Source: Octopus vulgaris (lineage: Eukaryota). From it: 64,000 nt of DNA. Shown piece after piece: positions 51,738 to 64,000 of this stretch. Where the stretch lies: the NCBI GenBank assembly GCA_951406725.2, contig OX597822.1, positions 108,748,001-108,812,000 of the forward strand, read 5' to 3'. Made by a program: the position numbers and the translations under genes. The notes under the pieces are model-generated. The model had not been told where the DNA came from and searched no databases. It saw only the letters and a list, made by a program, of their open reading frames with translations. Position 1 is the first letter of the stretch, and each line of letters begins with the position of its first letter.

Positions 51738-54700
51738 ATGCGGAAAGTCACGATCATGAATCGTGGTGCGTTGTGTTGTTAATGAAAAGACCATCACTCT
51801 ATCTCATGTTGCCCTCTGATCTGTTCGACACCTGACTCGGCGTACACCGTTGCACATGTTCAGGTAAGAAATATTTGATGGAGAGAGTGAACCTATGTAC
51901 AACATATACATATTTGCTGGTCAAACGCTAAACACTCATGTCTCGTCTTCGCCAAAAGTTTCTATCACACACACACACACACATACACACACACACACAC
52001 TCATACACACGCTCACACACATATATAAAGAGAGAGAACATGAGAGTGTGAGAGATAGTGAGCGAGAGAGAGAAGGAAAAATATATGTATACAACATATA
52101 AGTATAGATAAATATGTCCGTATTTGAGGAAATGCATGGTTTAATCAGCAGAATATACAATAGATGTCTAGGGTATGCCAATGCACTATCGGCTCAATTA
52201 TCACTCTTTATCTTCTATTCATCGCGGACATACAGACAGACAGGGAGAGAAAGAAAGAAAGAGAGATAGACAGACAGACACGCAGAAATATTTATTAAAT
52301 ATGTGTTGTGTCGCAGTAATTATTTACACCTCGAAATTTGTTATATCTGAATATTTCGCAGTTTCAATTAACAATAAGCGTTTAATTATCATCCTAAGAC
52401 TAGTTGCATTATTAGAAACCGAATGCTGTGATTTCCAATGCAATCATTTTCAATGGTACCAATCTAATATCATTTCAATTAGTAGCATGTACTTATTAAA
52501 TAGCTATGATACGGAAGACATCAATAGGACATAATTTATTTAATTACGCTTAGTTGTATGTTAGGATTCATATCAGCCTTGCCTATTGTGATGACACAAA
52601 TTCCTTTAAGTGATGTTTCCGCTTGCTTTATTATGATTATTAGAATCTGATATCACTGGTCTAAATACATATAAAGTTACGCTATGATATCACTATTTGA
52701 AAATTTCGAAACTTGACTTTGTTCATGCAATGACTATTCTATCGCTATCAATGCGTGTAATCGTTACAGGTGGACTTCGAGGCATGATTTAATAAGTGTC
52801 GATATGCTGTGTATTGGAACTTCAAAGTGATTATGGTCACCATTTATTATTCATGATAGTGCAGACGCTAATAGATATCAGACACAATTGCGCACTAACC
52901 TGTATGTATGCATTTATGTATGAGTATGTAATTGCTTGTGCGTATGTTTCTACACCTGTCCATATGTGTGTGTGTATCGGTATTATAGATGTCATAATGT
53001 TAGGCTGGTTATATATTTCAAAGTAGCCATCACGCTGGTCTTTTTTTTTTTTTCGTTGTTATTTAACCCTTAAAATTATCCACGACATGCCGTCCTATGT
53101 ACAGCAAAATTACATTCGTGTAAGTTCGATTTTACACATACATATGGAAGAATATATATATGAAAGAATTTCCTTTAAAATGTTCACGAGATATACTGGT
53201 TCACATAAATGGACTGGAATCATGAAAGTGTACCGCAACTGTTTTAATGTTCAACTCAGCTAAACCACATATTTTTTGTCTAGTGTTCATTTTATCGTCT
53301 CTATTTGTGCAGGAACAAAAGCAATACCAATTTTTAGAACCTATGTAGTAAGAAATATACAGGCACAAACACACACGCACACATTCACAAATACACATAG
53401 ACATATGGGTCTATTAACACATACGCCCACATACACACATAAACATAATTGATAACTTGCAGTGGATTTTTGGCAATGCTGTCGACTGTTTGTTCTCTGA
53501 AACCTGGGTATCGTGGATGCGGCTTTTTAGTGTTGTTCTTTGCACAGATTCGGCAATGATAAGCATCTTTTGCAGTAGGTATTCAGAGAGGTTGCCACTT
53601 ACGCTGACACATGCCTTTGTTCCATCATGGAATTTTTCATTTGATGTTTTGCTTTTCGCGACTTCAGCTAACTATGATATTGAACTCACAAAATAAATGT
53701 TGAAAACGAAACGATGCCTTTGCCTGAAGCTTTTTTAAAGCGATGAAAGAACGTACACAGGATCAATCGCACTCTCTAAACAACGAAAGCATTTGTCCCT
53801 CCTCTTAAAGCAAATAAATTACATCATTGGATGCAAACAAAGTCAGAGATTTTACATCAGAGACGACCTTCACCTAAGGTGATATAACACATACACACAC
53901 AACCACACAAAATTCTAGCTGGTATTTCACACATGGCTATTGGATGGCTGTTAATCGTACAGAATCCATCTGCCTTTGACTAGTCTTATTTTCGTCCAGT
54001 AGGGTGTCCAACAAAAGCCATCCTCCTCCCAAGCAGATTTACCCGAATCGACGGTCATATTGCCGTCGACTTTCCCATACAACAGTTTTTCTCAGTTACA
54101 TCTTCTAACAGAGTCAGTTCTAACAGAGCCCGCCATACATGCATACATAAATACATACATGCATGCATAGAAGCATGTATGCATAGCAACATACACATAT
54201 TCCATACAAAACCGACTGAGTTCTGCGTGGTTTCTCTCTAAACACTTTACGACAATATGATTGAGCATACAGAGATGTATCAACGGAACAGATATGGAGA
54301 ATTATACCACATTATCAACATCATATAATGAAGCATCCGACCTACCTACAAAATAAGAAAATCAGGCAAAATATTCACAAAGCAAAGGTACGAATTCTAA
54401 GTAATCATAGAGGAAATGTTACACATTCTAGATATTTTGATGCAAAAGACAATTTAGAACCACGTGATGTAACAATAAAATGTCAGAATGCAAAACATGA
54501 ATCAGAGACATGACAATCAGCAAATTTTTCAACTAGAAGCAACACGCTGGTAGCGTTTTTCACAAAGAGAGCTTGTAATTAAGATATCAGCAGGCAAAGT
54601 CGAAGAACATCTATGCAACGGGTGACGTAAAGCAATCATACCAAAATATATTTTCAACGAGCCAATTAAGATGTAACGGGGAAGACGAACAATATAAAAC

Positions 54701-55035
54701 GAACAAGATATGAAACAAAGGTCAAATTTGAACACGTCATCATTTCATAAAACAACGGGTATGATATTAAACTGTGCCACATTATGCAAACCGAATTACG
54801 ATTAGTAAAACACAATGAAGCTGTTGGTGTCAGTGTGTGAAAATTTATTTCATAGGAAACGAATTCTTTTTCGAATAAGCAATAGACACTGTACGACATA
54901 TTGATGCGATGAAGATTCTTCTTCTATTACTTTGAAAAAGTAGTATTAACATTTGAATGCATGTAGGCGTATGTGTGTATGCGTGTGGGTGCTATAGAGT
55001 GCGCCTGTAGATGTTCCTGTTAGTGTGTGTGTACT

Positions 55036-55085
<50 letters not shown>

Positions 55086-55192
55086 TATATATATATACAT
55101 GTACAAGTATATATACAAATATACATACTCATAAACTGTGCATCTGTTCGTGTGTTTCATTGCGTGTGGATGTTTATATATATATGTATATG

Positions 55193-55240
<48 letters not shown>

Positions 55241-57445
55241 TTTGTGTATATATACATAAACACATATACATATGTATTTTATATATATATATATATATAT
55301 ATGTACAAGCATACCTATCAGGCAAACATCCCTGTATAACGAAACGTGGTATATAATCCTCACCACTCTATAATTATTACAATACATTCAAACAACATTT
55401 ATGATACATTAAAGAAAGATGTTAGATGTGTTTGAAGTAATATTGCTAAAAACGTAAAATAAAAAAAAAAATGAACTAAAAAAAAACAAGCAAAAAAAAC
55501 TAAAAGACGAAACAAGATTTCAATGATCTTTCGTACCTGAATATTATCTTTTATAGAAATCGATATTGCGGCTAGTTTATTAATATTTTGCTTTTTATTC
55601 ATGATATGTCGCATCAGCAATTCATTTGTTACTATTTAGATGTAAATATGTAAATTCGGCAATAAATGATTGCCAAGATAATATAAACATTGATATATAA
55701 CCTAACCTTTGGAATGATTTATTATATATCTCAGTCAATATGTACTTGAATATTCTGCAGTGGTTTTTAATGATAATACTATTGCTAATATCATGAGTTT
55801 TTTTTTCTGTCAGGAAAGCGACGAGTGAGGAGACATCACAAGAATATAAAAAAGGGTTAGACTTTTTTATATTTTCCCTTATAGCAACAACAAGAATTAA
55901 AACATATTTTGACTAATGATCAATAAAGAGAGGACCCTTAAAAAGTACGGCTATGTAGGTCCAAACAAGAATCTCAGCTTCAATTTATGTTTTACAATCT
56001 GCATTCAATTTGACATAACCTCGACGAATCTTACCAAGACTTTAGGGCATTTATTTTAGAGAGACTCCAATGTTTTCACAACGATAAATTAGCAAATTGA
56101 ATACGTTTTGTGCTCAGTTATTTCATTGGTGCTAGCCATAAAATCTCGATTTATCTACACAACCACAAAACTGAGATAAGCTACCTAGAAATAGGGCTCC
56201 TATCAAAAGGCCTCTTATTATAGAAACTTATGTTTCTAATCGAGGTAAAACCGCAACGATTTCAAGTGGAATATACAAGATTTTATGACTTCCTCGTCTA
56301 TAGGAGAACCACATTCGTCTACATGGTTTTGGACACTATATTGTTAATATCTTCGAAATATATTGATACAAAACTCACTTGTCTTCTTACAAGCAGGTTG
56401 CCTTTTACAATTTTTAACTTCTGTAGCAATATGCCAAAAGCCAAATCGGAGAGTAACGATTTAAAATGTTGCACTCGTTGCTAACGTCTAGTACATATCT
56501 ATTTCTGTGAATATGTACATAATTTAACAATAAATGGCAACTGATGCGTTACAGTCTCTGAGAAGGGGACCAAATGTGAGCCCAAACAGAAGTCTTGTCG
56601 AATACAGAAATCCAAATTTAATTTAAGGCTTATGCTCGATTCATATTTCGGGGAATCAAGGAAACAAGGTTTAAGACCCAAGATTCATATCGCTATATGA
56701 TATCATCAAGCCGCGAGTTCAATTCTTGTTGGTATCCTCGTACTTACAATCGCTTAACCGCTTACAAAATATAGAACTTTAGTCTAATTAGCTTATAGGA
56801 TTCAAATAAATATTACCTAATATTACCATTTTCTACTAATTTTATCTCAGGTGAAGTGTTTGGCAATGGAGCAGCTGAGACTAACACTTAGTGTATGGTC
56901 CTGGTCAAGGTGCCTTGCGCCAAATTATACTCAGAGACTTAGGTCTCAGCGGAAAACCCTTATGCTCTCAACATAAGCCAACAAGTACGCTATCAAGAAT
57001 GCATTTAGATGTTGTAAGTGAACACCAAACCACTACGTCCTACTTAGCCTTTAAAATGAAAGTAAAGCATTCACTGCTAAGGTTAGCAATTTGGCGGTTT
57101 GTCTCTGAACCTTGTTTGAAGAGAAACGGGCATAAATCGAAAATTAAGACACTGCTGAAACATTTCTACTGCCATCCTTGTTCCCTACCCAACGAATGTG
57201 TGTGTCGATGAGATTTTGATCTCATTGAAGTCTAATACATCAAAACTTAGTCCCCTAATTGGCGTCGCACATTTGACAACCAGCACGATAATAAAGAAGC
57301 TAAAACGTAGTACTGTCTCCTTGAGCTGAGAATAATAAAGCACGCTGACACGTTCACTTCACCTATATTAGTAACGGAGCCGGGTAATAATAATTTTGCA
57401 GTTAACAATTTTCTGCAAATTTGCTTATATTTTGAACTTTAAATA

Positions 57446-57678
57446 GATATTTCTTTACTACCAACAAGGAGCTAAACACAGAGAGGACAACCAAGGACAG
57501 ACAAACGGATTAAGTCGATTATATCGACCCCAGTGGATAACTGGTACTTATTTAATCGACCCCGAAAGGATGAAAGGCAAAGTCGATCTCGGCGGAATTT
57601 GAACTCAGAACCTAACGGCAGGCAAAATACGGCAACGCATTTCGCCCGGCGTGCTAACGTTTCTGCCAGCTCGCCGCC
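57446..57678 (-). mobile_element. SINE family C, 16-bp TSD
   Basis: Reverse-complement homolog of the 23577 copy. TTTTGAACTTTAAATA at 57430-57445 and 57679-57694. Confidence 0.9.
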
Positions 57679-58753
57679 TTTTGAACTTTAAATACCACTT
57701 TTATGTGTAAACATCAGGTCCCGATATTTTATAGACGTCAGTTGCTGTCCTAAACAGATGTATATCGATTTAAATTTTCAGAGGAGTGGGTCAATTACCA
57801 AATTATTTTATTTTTGTTTTGTATTACATAAGCACTTAACTCAAATCGAATAAATCAGTTGGATAAGCAGGACGCAAGAGAATAATTATTAGAAATAACA
57901 TTTGGAATCTGTAGTTTGGAAATCTATTTAAGATCTTCTAAGATCTAATCGAATTTGCTAAGTTCATAGCAACTCTTTCAAAATGAAAAATTATTTACGT
58001 GAGAAGAATGAGAAGCAGGATGAGGAGATTGAATTATTAAAAATATTTTGTAAATCAGGAGACGAAGAAAGCAACTACTGGCCATCTTTCTACAAAAGTT
58101 CGATGAGATATTAAGCCCCCACCCCCTACATTCACCCACAACCAAAGCCATCGCAATATTTTCTTGCATAACTTATATTTACAGTTTTCCTGATGTCCTA
58201 GAAAAGACAAAGTAGTAGAATGATGTATAAGATTATCTTAAATTCTGTTTTGCGATTGAGTTTATCTGAATAGAATTTCTTCGACTCCTAACACTAATTC
58301 AATAATGTTCCTCACCGAAATTTCTCTTAAATGCAATTTTTTAGAGCATACTCTCTGCCATTCGAAACATTTCTGTTAAATAGCACGACCTGAAATTCTT
58401 CCAACAAGAGAATTCATAAACCATTCATTAATTGCCTCTGTACTGCTACCATTTCTAAGAAAATCGTTTTATTTGGTGCCAGTCACCAGGGAAGGCTACA
58501 GTAATTCCACTAAAATAGCTGTCTTCCTCATGAATATTACCTATATTATCGATTTTCTGGTAATGCAATACTAAAGTTCATTCATTGTTTTTTTTCCAGT
58601 AGCCGCAATTTAAACACTAACACATGTGTTCGATATTTTGAGCTGTGTGTAGCGTAATGTTCAATGATGCAATAACTGTAAACATTGAAATCACCTCGTC
58701 CGCTCACAGAAGATAAAACCTACTACTATGTCATCACACTACCTATTTAGGTA

Positions 58754-59004
58754 AATAATAATAAATGCGGCCTTTTAAAGCCTAGCCAGACTCATGGGCC
58801 CGGTTTCCCGGTTTCAATGGCGTATGTGTTCCCCAGCGGGACGGGACGACAGTCCATCGCAGCGTTACTCATTTTTGCCAGCTGAGTGGTTAGAAGCAAA
58901 TAGAAATGAATTGTTTTGCGCAAGGACACAACACGTCACCCGGTCCAGGAATCGAAACCACAATCTTACGATCATGATGCTGACACTAATCCAGGCACCT
59001 CCAC
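58754..59004 (-). mobile_element. tRNA-derived SINE family D (CORE-like central region)
   Basis: GGTTTCGATTCC box B, then GTGTTGTGTCCTTGCGCAAAACA...CCACTCAGCTGGCAAAAATGAGTA, and a (TTA)n tail. Confidence 0.7.
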
Positions 59005-59264
59005 GCCTGTTTAGATTAATTTCAATCATATCACATCCTTTCAAAACTTGCTCCGAAAAGTTCATTTTAAAGATTTACTGTATTATATTTTACTGCGTCC
59101 ACTGAATCCTTGTACTATGTGGCTCTTTTTAGAAAGCTCGGGCACTGTCTGGAACATTTGGAATATTACCGTAATGGAATCTCATACTGAACACATTGGT
59201 AGATGTCAGACTATGTATAAGCTTTTAAAGATATATGTAGCAATATAAACTTTAATAAAAAAAA

Positions 59265-59306
<42 letters not shown>

Positions 59307-59468
59307 GTGTGTGTGCGTAAATGTAATATGTGACAATTATTCGGTAGCCATAATAAAACTCCGAGTTTCGGATGCCGAGGTAGAAATCCACGCCGCCAGT
59401 TTACAGATAGATTCCTCTATTTACACATATTGCGGTATCTTTTATTCTTTTGTTGCCTTGCCATTTTT

Positions 59469-59536
<68 letters not shown>

Positions 59537-59668
59537 TATATATACATAGCAATATTTTTTATGGGTATGAGGTTTTAATCTATAGGGGTCACACATTTTA
59601 AGAAAGCATGTAAAACCTAAAATAGCACATCATATCTGATATATTAGCTGAAATACACTGGCACACGA

Positions 59669-59671
<3 letters not shown>

Positions 59672-59750
<79 letters not shown>
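59672..59750. repeat. (CA)n microsatellite
   Basis: Direct reading. Confidence 0.95.
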
Positions 59751-59755
<5 letters not shown>

Positions 59756-60066
59756 AAAATACGCTTACAAATACAAACTAAATAATCGGATATACGCAAC
59801 TAAGATATTTAATTTCCCTTATTATTCTCATTTATTCGAATTTAATGAACGAAGTAGTCTTAATTAAAATAATTATATATATATATGTTAAAATTGTGCA
59901 TACTAATTAAATTTATATCCTTCTTCGTAGCTTCCTCTGGAATTAATCACTGAAAAATTACATCCGCTTCTTCTGGGTCAGATTAACCATCTATCACATA
60001 TTACTTAACACGTATCACTTTGCCATCGGTTGAGTTGTGTCTTGACCCATACAAGCACTAACATAC

Positions 60067-60135
<69 letters not shown>

Positions 60136-60263
60136 CACACACACACATACATATATAACATATATGTACGTACCTACATCTACATGTATATATACATGCA
60201 TATATAAATAATTATACGGGAGTATATATATATATATATATATATACACGTATATATATTATA

Positions 60264-60295
<32 letters not shown>

Positions 60296-60408
60296 ATATC
60301 CATCTCTTATATATATATATATATATATCGCGAATATATATATATATATATAAATATATATATATTATTCTATCGTCATATACACATCAGTATATATATA
60401 TAAACACG

Positions 60409-60480
<72 letters not shown>

Positions 60481-60614
60481 CGTGTGTGTTGTATGTATGA
60501 TTGATAGCTTTTGATATATATACCTATATATAAATATACAGACTTGTATATGCTAAATCATTGCTATATATATATATGCTATATATTTGTTTTATATATA
60601 TATATTTAAGTATC

Positions 60615-60660
<46 letters not shown>

Positions 60661-60741
60661 TAGATACGTATAAAAATATACAGTATATAGGCAAATTGCT
60701 ATATACATATGCTAATATTTGTATTATATATATATTTAAGC

Positions 60742-60800
<59 letters not shown>

Positions 60801-60858
60801 TCCCGGGTTGAGTCGGGGTTAACCACAGTAAATAATGTACTCAATACATGGCAAATTA

Positions 60859-60954
60859 ATTTATTTTATAGAAGGAGCTTCTCAGTCCTAGAACTGTTTC
60901 ATTCATGAAACAGTTCTAGTCCTGTGCAAGGCTCAGGAATTCTATAAAATAAAT
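60859..60954. repeat. Inverted repeat between (TA)n tracts, pLTR-like
   Basis: ATTTATTTTATAGAA..CTAGAACTGTTTCA / TGAAACAGTTCTAG..TTCTATAAAATAAAT. Confidence 0.55.
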
Positions 60955-61746
60955 ATATATATATATATATATATATTGTGTGTGTGTGTGTGTGTGTGTT
61001 GTTATATTTTACATGTGTGCGCGTGTGCTTGGGGGTGTGTTCGGTTGGAAATCCTCACTAGTCATCATCTATTATCTCGTCCTCATCTTTCCTTTCATCA
61101 CATCGTCTATATCTGGGAAATATTCGTTGGTGGTGCACAGGCGCAGGAATTTAAAATTTCGCCCAAAATAAAACAGACTTAATTCAGTATTAGATCATGT
61201 AGCTCAACGCAATGAATGACAGAAATACACTGTTTGTTTTTTTTCCTTTTAATTTCTTGCCTCCGACCTGCTTGGCAACTGTTTCCATCCGACAATACAG
61301 TTTATTGCGTGTGGAGGGCGTAAATAGATACTTAGCTCATTCTATATATAGTTTTACTAATGCTAGTCAAGAGCGTAATATTTTTCATCCTATAAGATTG
61401 GGCAAAATGATTTTTTCTAATAAACACAGGACCAGCCTTATTTAATTATTCTAACCCTTGGCTCAAATTGTCTGCTCGTGAAATGAAGGGAATACATTCT
61501 CCTCCTCCCCGTCTTCTTTCTTTTTCTTCTTCTTCTTCTATTTCTTCTTTCTTTTGTATCCCATCTGTTATCATGTGGCATTGCAAACTAAGTTGCATTG
61601 TGTACGTTTTTTGCCTCCTCTATAAACATACCTGGTCTTCTTGCGTCACTGTACGTTTAGATTTTATGAAGAAGTCCTATAAATTCTTGTAATTCTAATC
61701 TTCCGTCGCAGTGTCTCGTTGGTGTCATACTTCTTTTACAGTTATA

Positions 61747-61961
61747 TGAGAATTGCTGAAAAGTTCTTAGCTCTAGGAGTATCACGAAGGCCGCCTGGTT
61801 GGAGGCCCAAAATTCAGAGTGCATTTACAAGGCTTAGAAAACCTGAAGGTCAGCTGCAATGAGTGTATATCTGAAAGGAAAATATGTTGAATAAAATCAT
61901 AATCAACTTATCCTCCCGTAGTTTCGTTTACCCAAAACCAGGAACTTTTCAGCACCCTTCG
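61747..61961. mobile_element. Mariner-derived MITE (family of 34959)
   Basis: TGCTGAAAAGTTCTT ... CCAGGAACTTTTCAGCACCCTTCG|TA, with shared internal sequence. Confidence 0.75.
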
Positions 61962-62089
61962 TATATTATCATTCCCTCTATCATTTTCTCTGTTTATGTA
62001 TATCTCTGACACTGAGGGTGTGTGTTGGTATATATGTTTGTGTATATATGTTTATGGGTGTCAGTGTTTATGTCTGCATGTATGTAATT

Positions 62090-64000
62090 CCATTTAGGCG
62101 ACAGAGGCAAACGTCTATAACAAAATATTAGCAGCAAGCTCAGGAGACACCCTCACAGAACAGGAATACTTCTGATGATATGTGAACACAAGCCTCCGCT
62201 GCACAGTGTCGGGAGACACCTGAATCAGAGCATAGGACGAATCGATTACAAGATTAGCTCACAAGAATCTCCGAAACACAGCCTCAGGTGATAATGTCTA
62301 ACCTCAGTTCAATTGACTTCATTTTCCAGTGAGTAAACAAGAACGGCAAACATTTTCGTTTGCCAGTATACACCTTGAAAAAAAGTCTCTAACAAAACAT
62401 TAGCAGTAAGATCAGCAGACATCTTAACAGAACACGTATATACTTGATGATATGCGAACATGTGCCTCCGTCACACGGCCTCAGAAGGCACCTGAAACAG
62501 AGCAAAGGATGAATCGATTAGATAATTAGTACACAGTCGACGGTACGGTGACCACAGCTCGCTGTGGACGACGTAGAGGCGACGGTACACAGCTACCGAC
62601 CCACAGTCAACGCTACGGCGACGAGAGGAAACCCTTACTTCCAGCTAGACATCAGGCCACGACCATTTACACAACCAATGTGAATAGACATTATTTACAT
62701 ATTTAATTCGGGTTGTCCTCTGGAGAGGGACTCTCCACCTTTTCTTCACATAGGGTCGGAGGTGGCAAGTCTTGAAAAATGGATTGATTAATATCCAATC
62801 TTATCATCGACACCGACATTCTATACGCGTTAAGTAATACATTATGAGTCTTTTTATCAATTTCGTTGAACTCGTAGTTCTTATATTTATCAGAAAGTTC
62901 TGCAATCCTCGTGGCTGATCTTTTCGCTTTTAATTCTCTCATTAAATCTTCATTTTTGGTTTGTCTCTTTTCGCATTTTTTTTTTTTTGGTGTTAGTTCG
63001 ACCTGTTTTTGTTGATTTGAACTTTCCAGTTTTCTCTTGATTTTAGTTGCTTTCTTTTCTTCTGTTTCTCTCTCTCCCCCCCTCCTCCACTTCCTCATCG
63101 GATTATTTCTCACCGTCTCTACAGTTTTTTTTTTATATGGCCCAGCTGGCCACACTGGAAACATTGGGGCTTACGGCCCTCGACGAATACGTTAAGGAAT
63201 TCCTCTCCAATTTCTATTTTCTCCTGTAACTGTTCTAAAATTGACGGTTCTGCTTCTATTAGGAGGTGAACCGTTTGATCGGTCCAATAAGCCTTTTCTG
63301 TGATGGTAGCCTGAACGAGTGTTATATTATCTTCTTTTTCGCCAGGACTGCCTCCATCAATCACATAGGGTTGACTTGAGGTGAGACCCTAGGTATACGT
63401 ATCTTTGACGTCCTCATTTCCATGTATATTGGAATTAAAACAACGTCCTCCGTTTGTTAAGATTTAACTGAGTGCATTTGTGCAGTTTCTATATCTTTTA
63501 GTCGTACTTCGATAGTACCCAACTTCCCTCTGGCTAGGTTTGTGATATCCTGCCAGATGGGTTTCAAGCACTTCTCTCTTCGCTCACCTGATCATGTTTT
63601 TTTTCCTTTTAGACAGTAAGATTTAAAATTAATTGTTTTTCTTTTTTCTAACATTAATAGTTCTTCCGGGGATTGAACTTTCACAACACCGTTTTCAATT
63701 GTTATCATATCTTTGTACTTTATCAGGTCATTTTTGTTTATCAACAGCTGGCGCGTTCCACCTCCAGCCGCTGACGCAACAATTCTTTTTTGTTTAATTT
63801 CTTCTGTTTGAAGGCTTTTCACGTCAATATTCCTCTTTTCAAAAGTACATATTGGGGAAATTCTTTTTCAGAAAAATCCAAAATATCGCTAAATATTAAA
63901 CTTCCGATCTTTTTTGCCTCCCTGTTGGTTGACGACTCTTCGCCAGACGAAGGTACACTTTTCGGCATCTTGCCAGCAATTAATGTCCCCCCCCCCCCAC
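62090..64000 (-). mobile_element. Second ORF1-only gag-like retroelement (decayed; 5' end near or beyond the window edge)
   Basis: Gag-like pseudo-ORF followed by ~600 bp of non-coding DNA with a diverged ~150-bp repeat (62114-62262, 62388-62534), and no RT downstream. Confidence 0.65.
62703..63822 (-). pseudogene. Gag/ORF1-like protein with CCHC zinc knuckle
   Basis: EKRKTINFKSY...EKCLKPIWQDITNLARGKLGTIEVRL...VVLIPIYM...VEGRKPQCFQCGQLGHIKK(fs)NC, then a basic/coiled-coil tail. Contains stops and frameshifts. Confidence 0.8.

Noticed and set aside
53460-54090. Coding-like decayed segments (KFHDGTKACVSVSGNLSE, RTE-like; a possible transposase relic at 53735-54090)
   Set aside because: Single short motifs only; family not assignable with confidence.

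Overview
AT-rich, microsatellite-saturated eukaryotic (animal) DNA with no recognisable host-gene exon. The SINE families and repeat landscape look like those of an octopus/cephalopod genome (inference). Nearly all short ORFs in the track are microsatellite artefacts. The window is a mobile-element landscape. It contains one CR1-group LINE with an uninterrupted APE+RT ORF2 (48080-51088) and decayed CR1-like, Tx1/L1, R4/Dong, RTE and Penelope (GIY-YIG) fragments. It also has four tRNA-derived SINE families (several with clear TSDs), non-autonomous Helitrons, mariner relics/MITEs and a 1563-bp tandem duplication. Two things stand out. (1) Two divergent but homologous 'ORF1-only' retroelements encode an RRM-like plus CCHC-knuckle gag-like protein with no reverse transcriptase. 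One is complete (2.19 kb, AATAAA, 15-bp TSD) and sits inside the tRNA-like head of a SINE. (2) Several unrelated small repeats carry type I hammerhead ribozyme motifs in outward-facing inverted arrangement, often embedded in (TA)n. One is a 483-bp tandem unit that could release a retrozyme-like monomeric/circular RNA.
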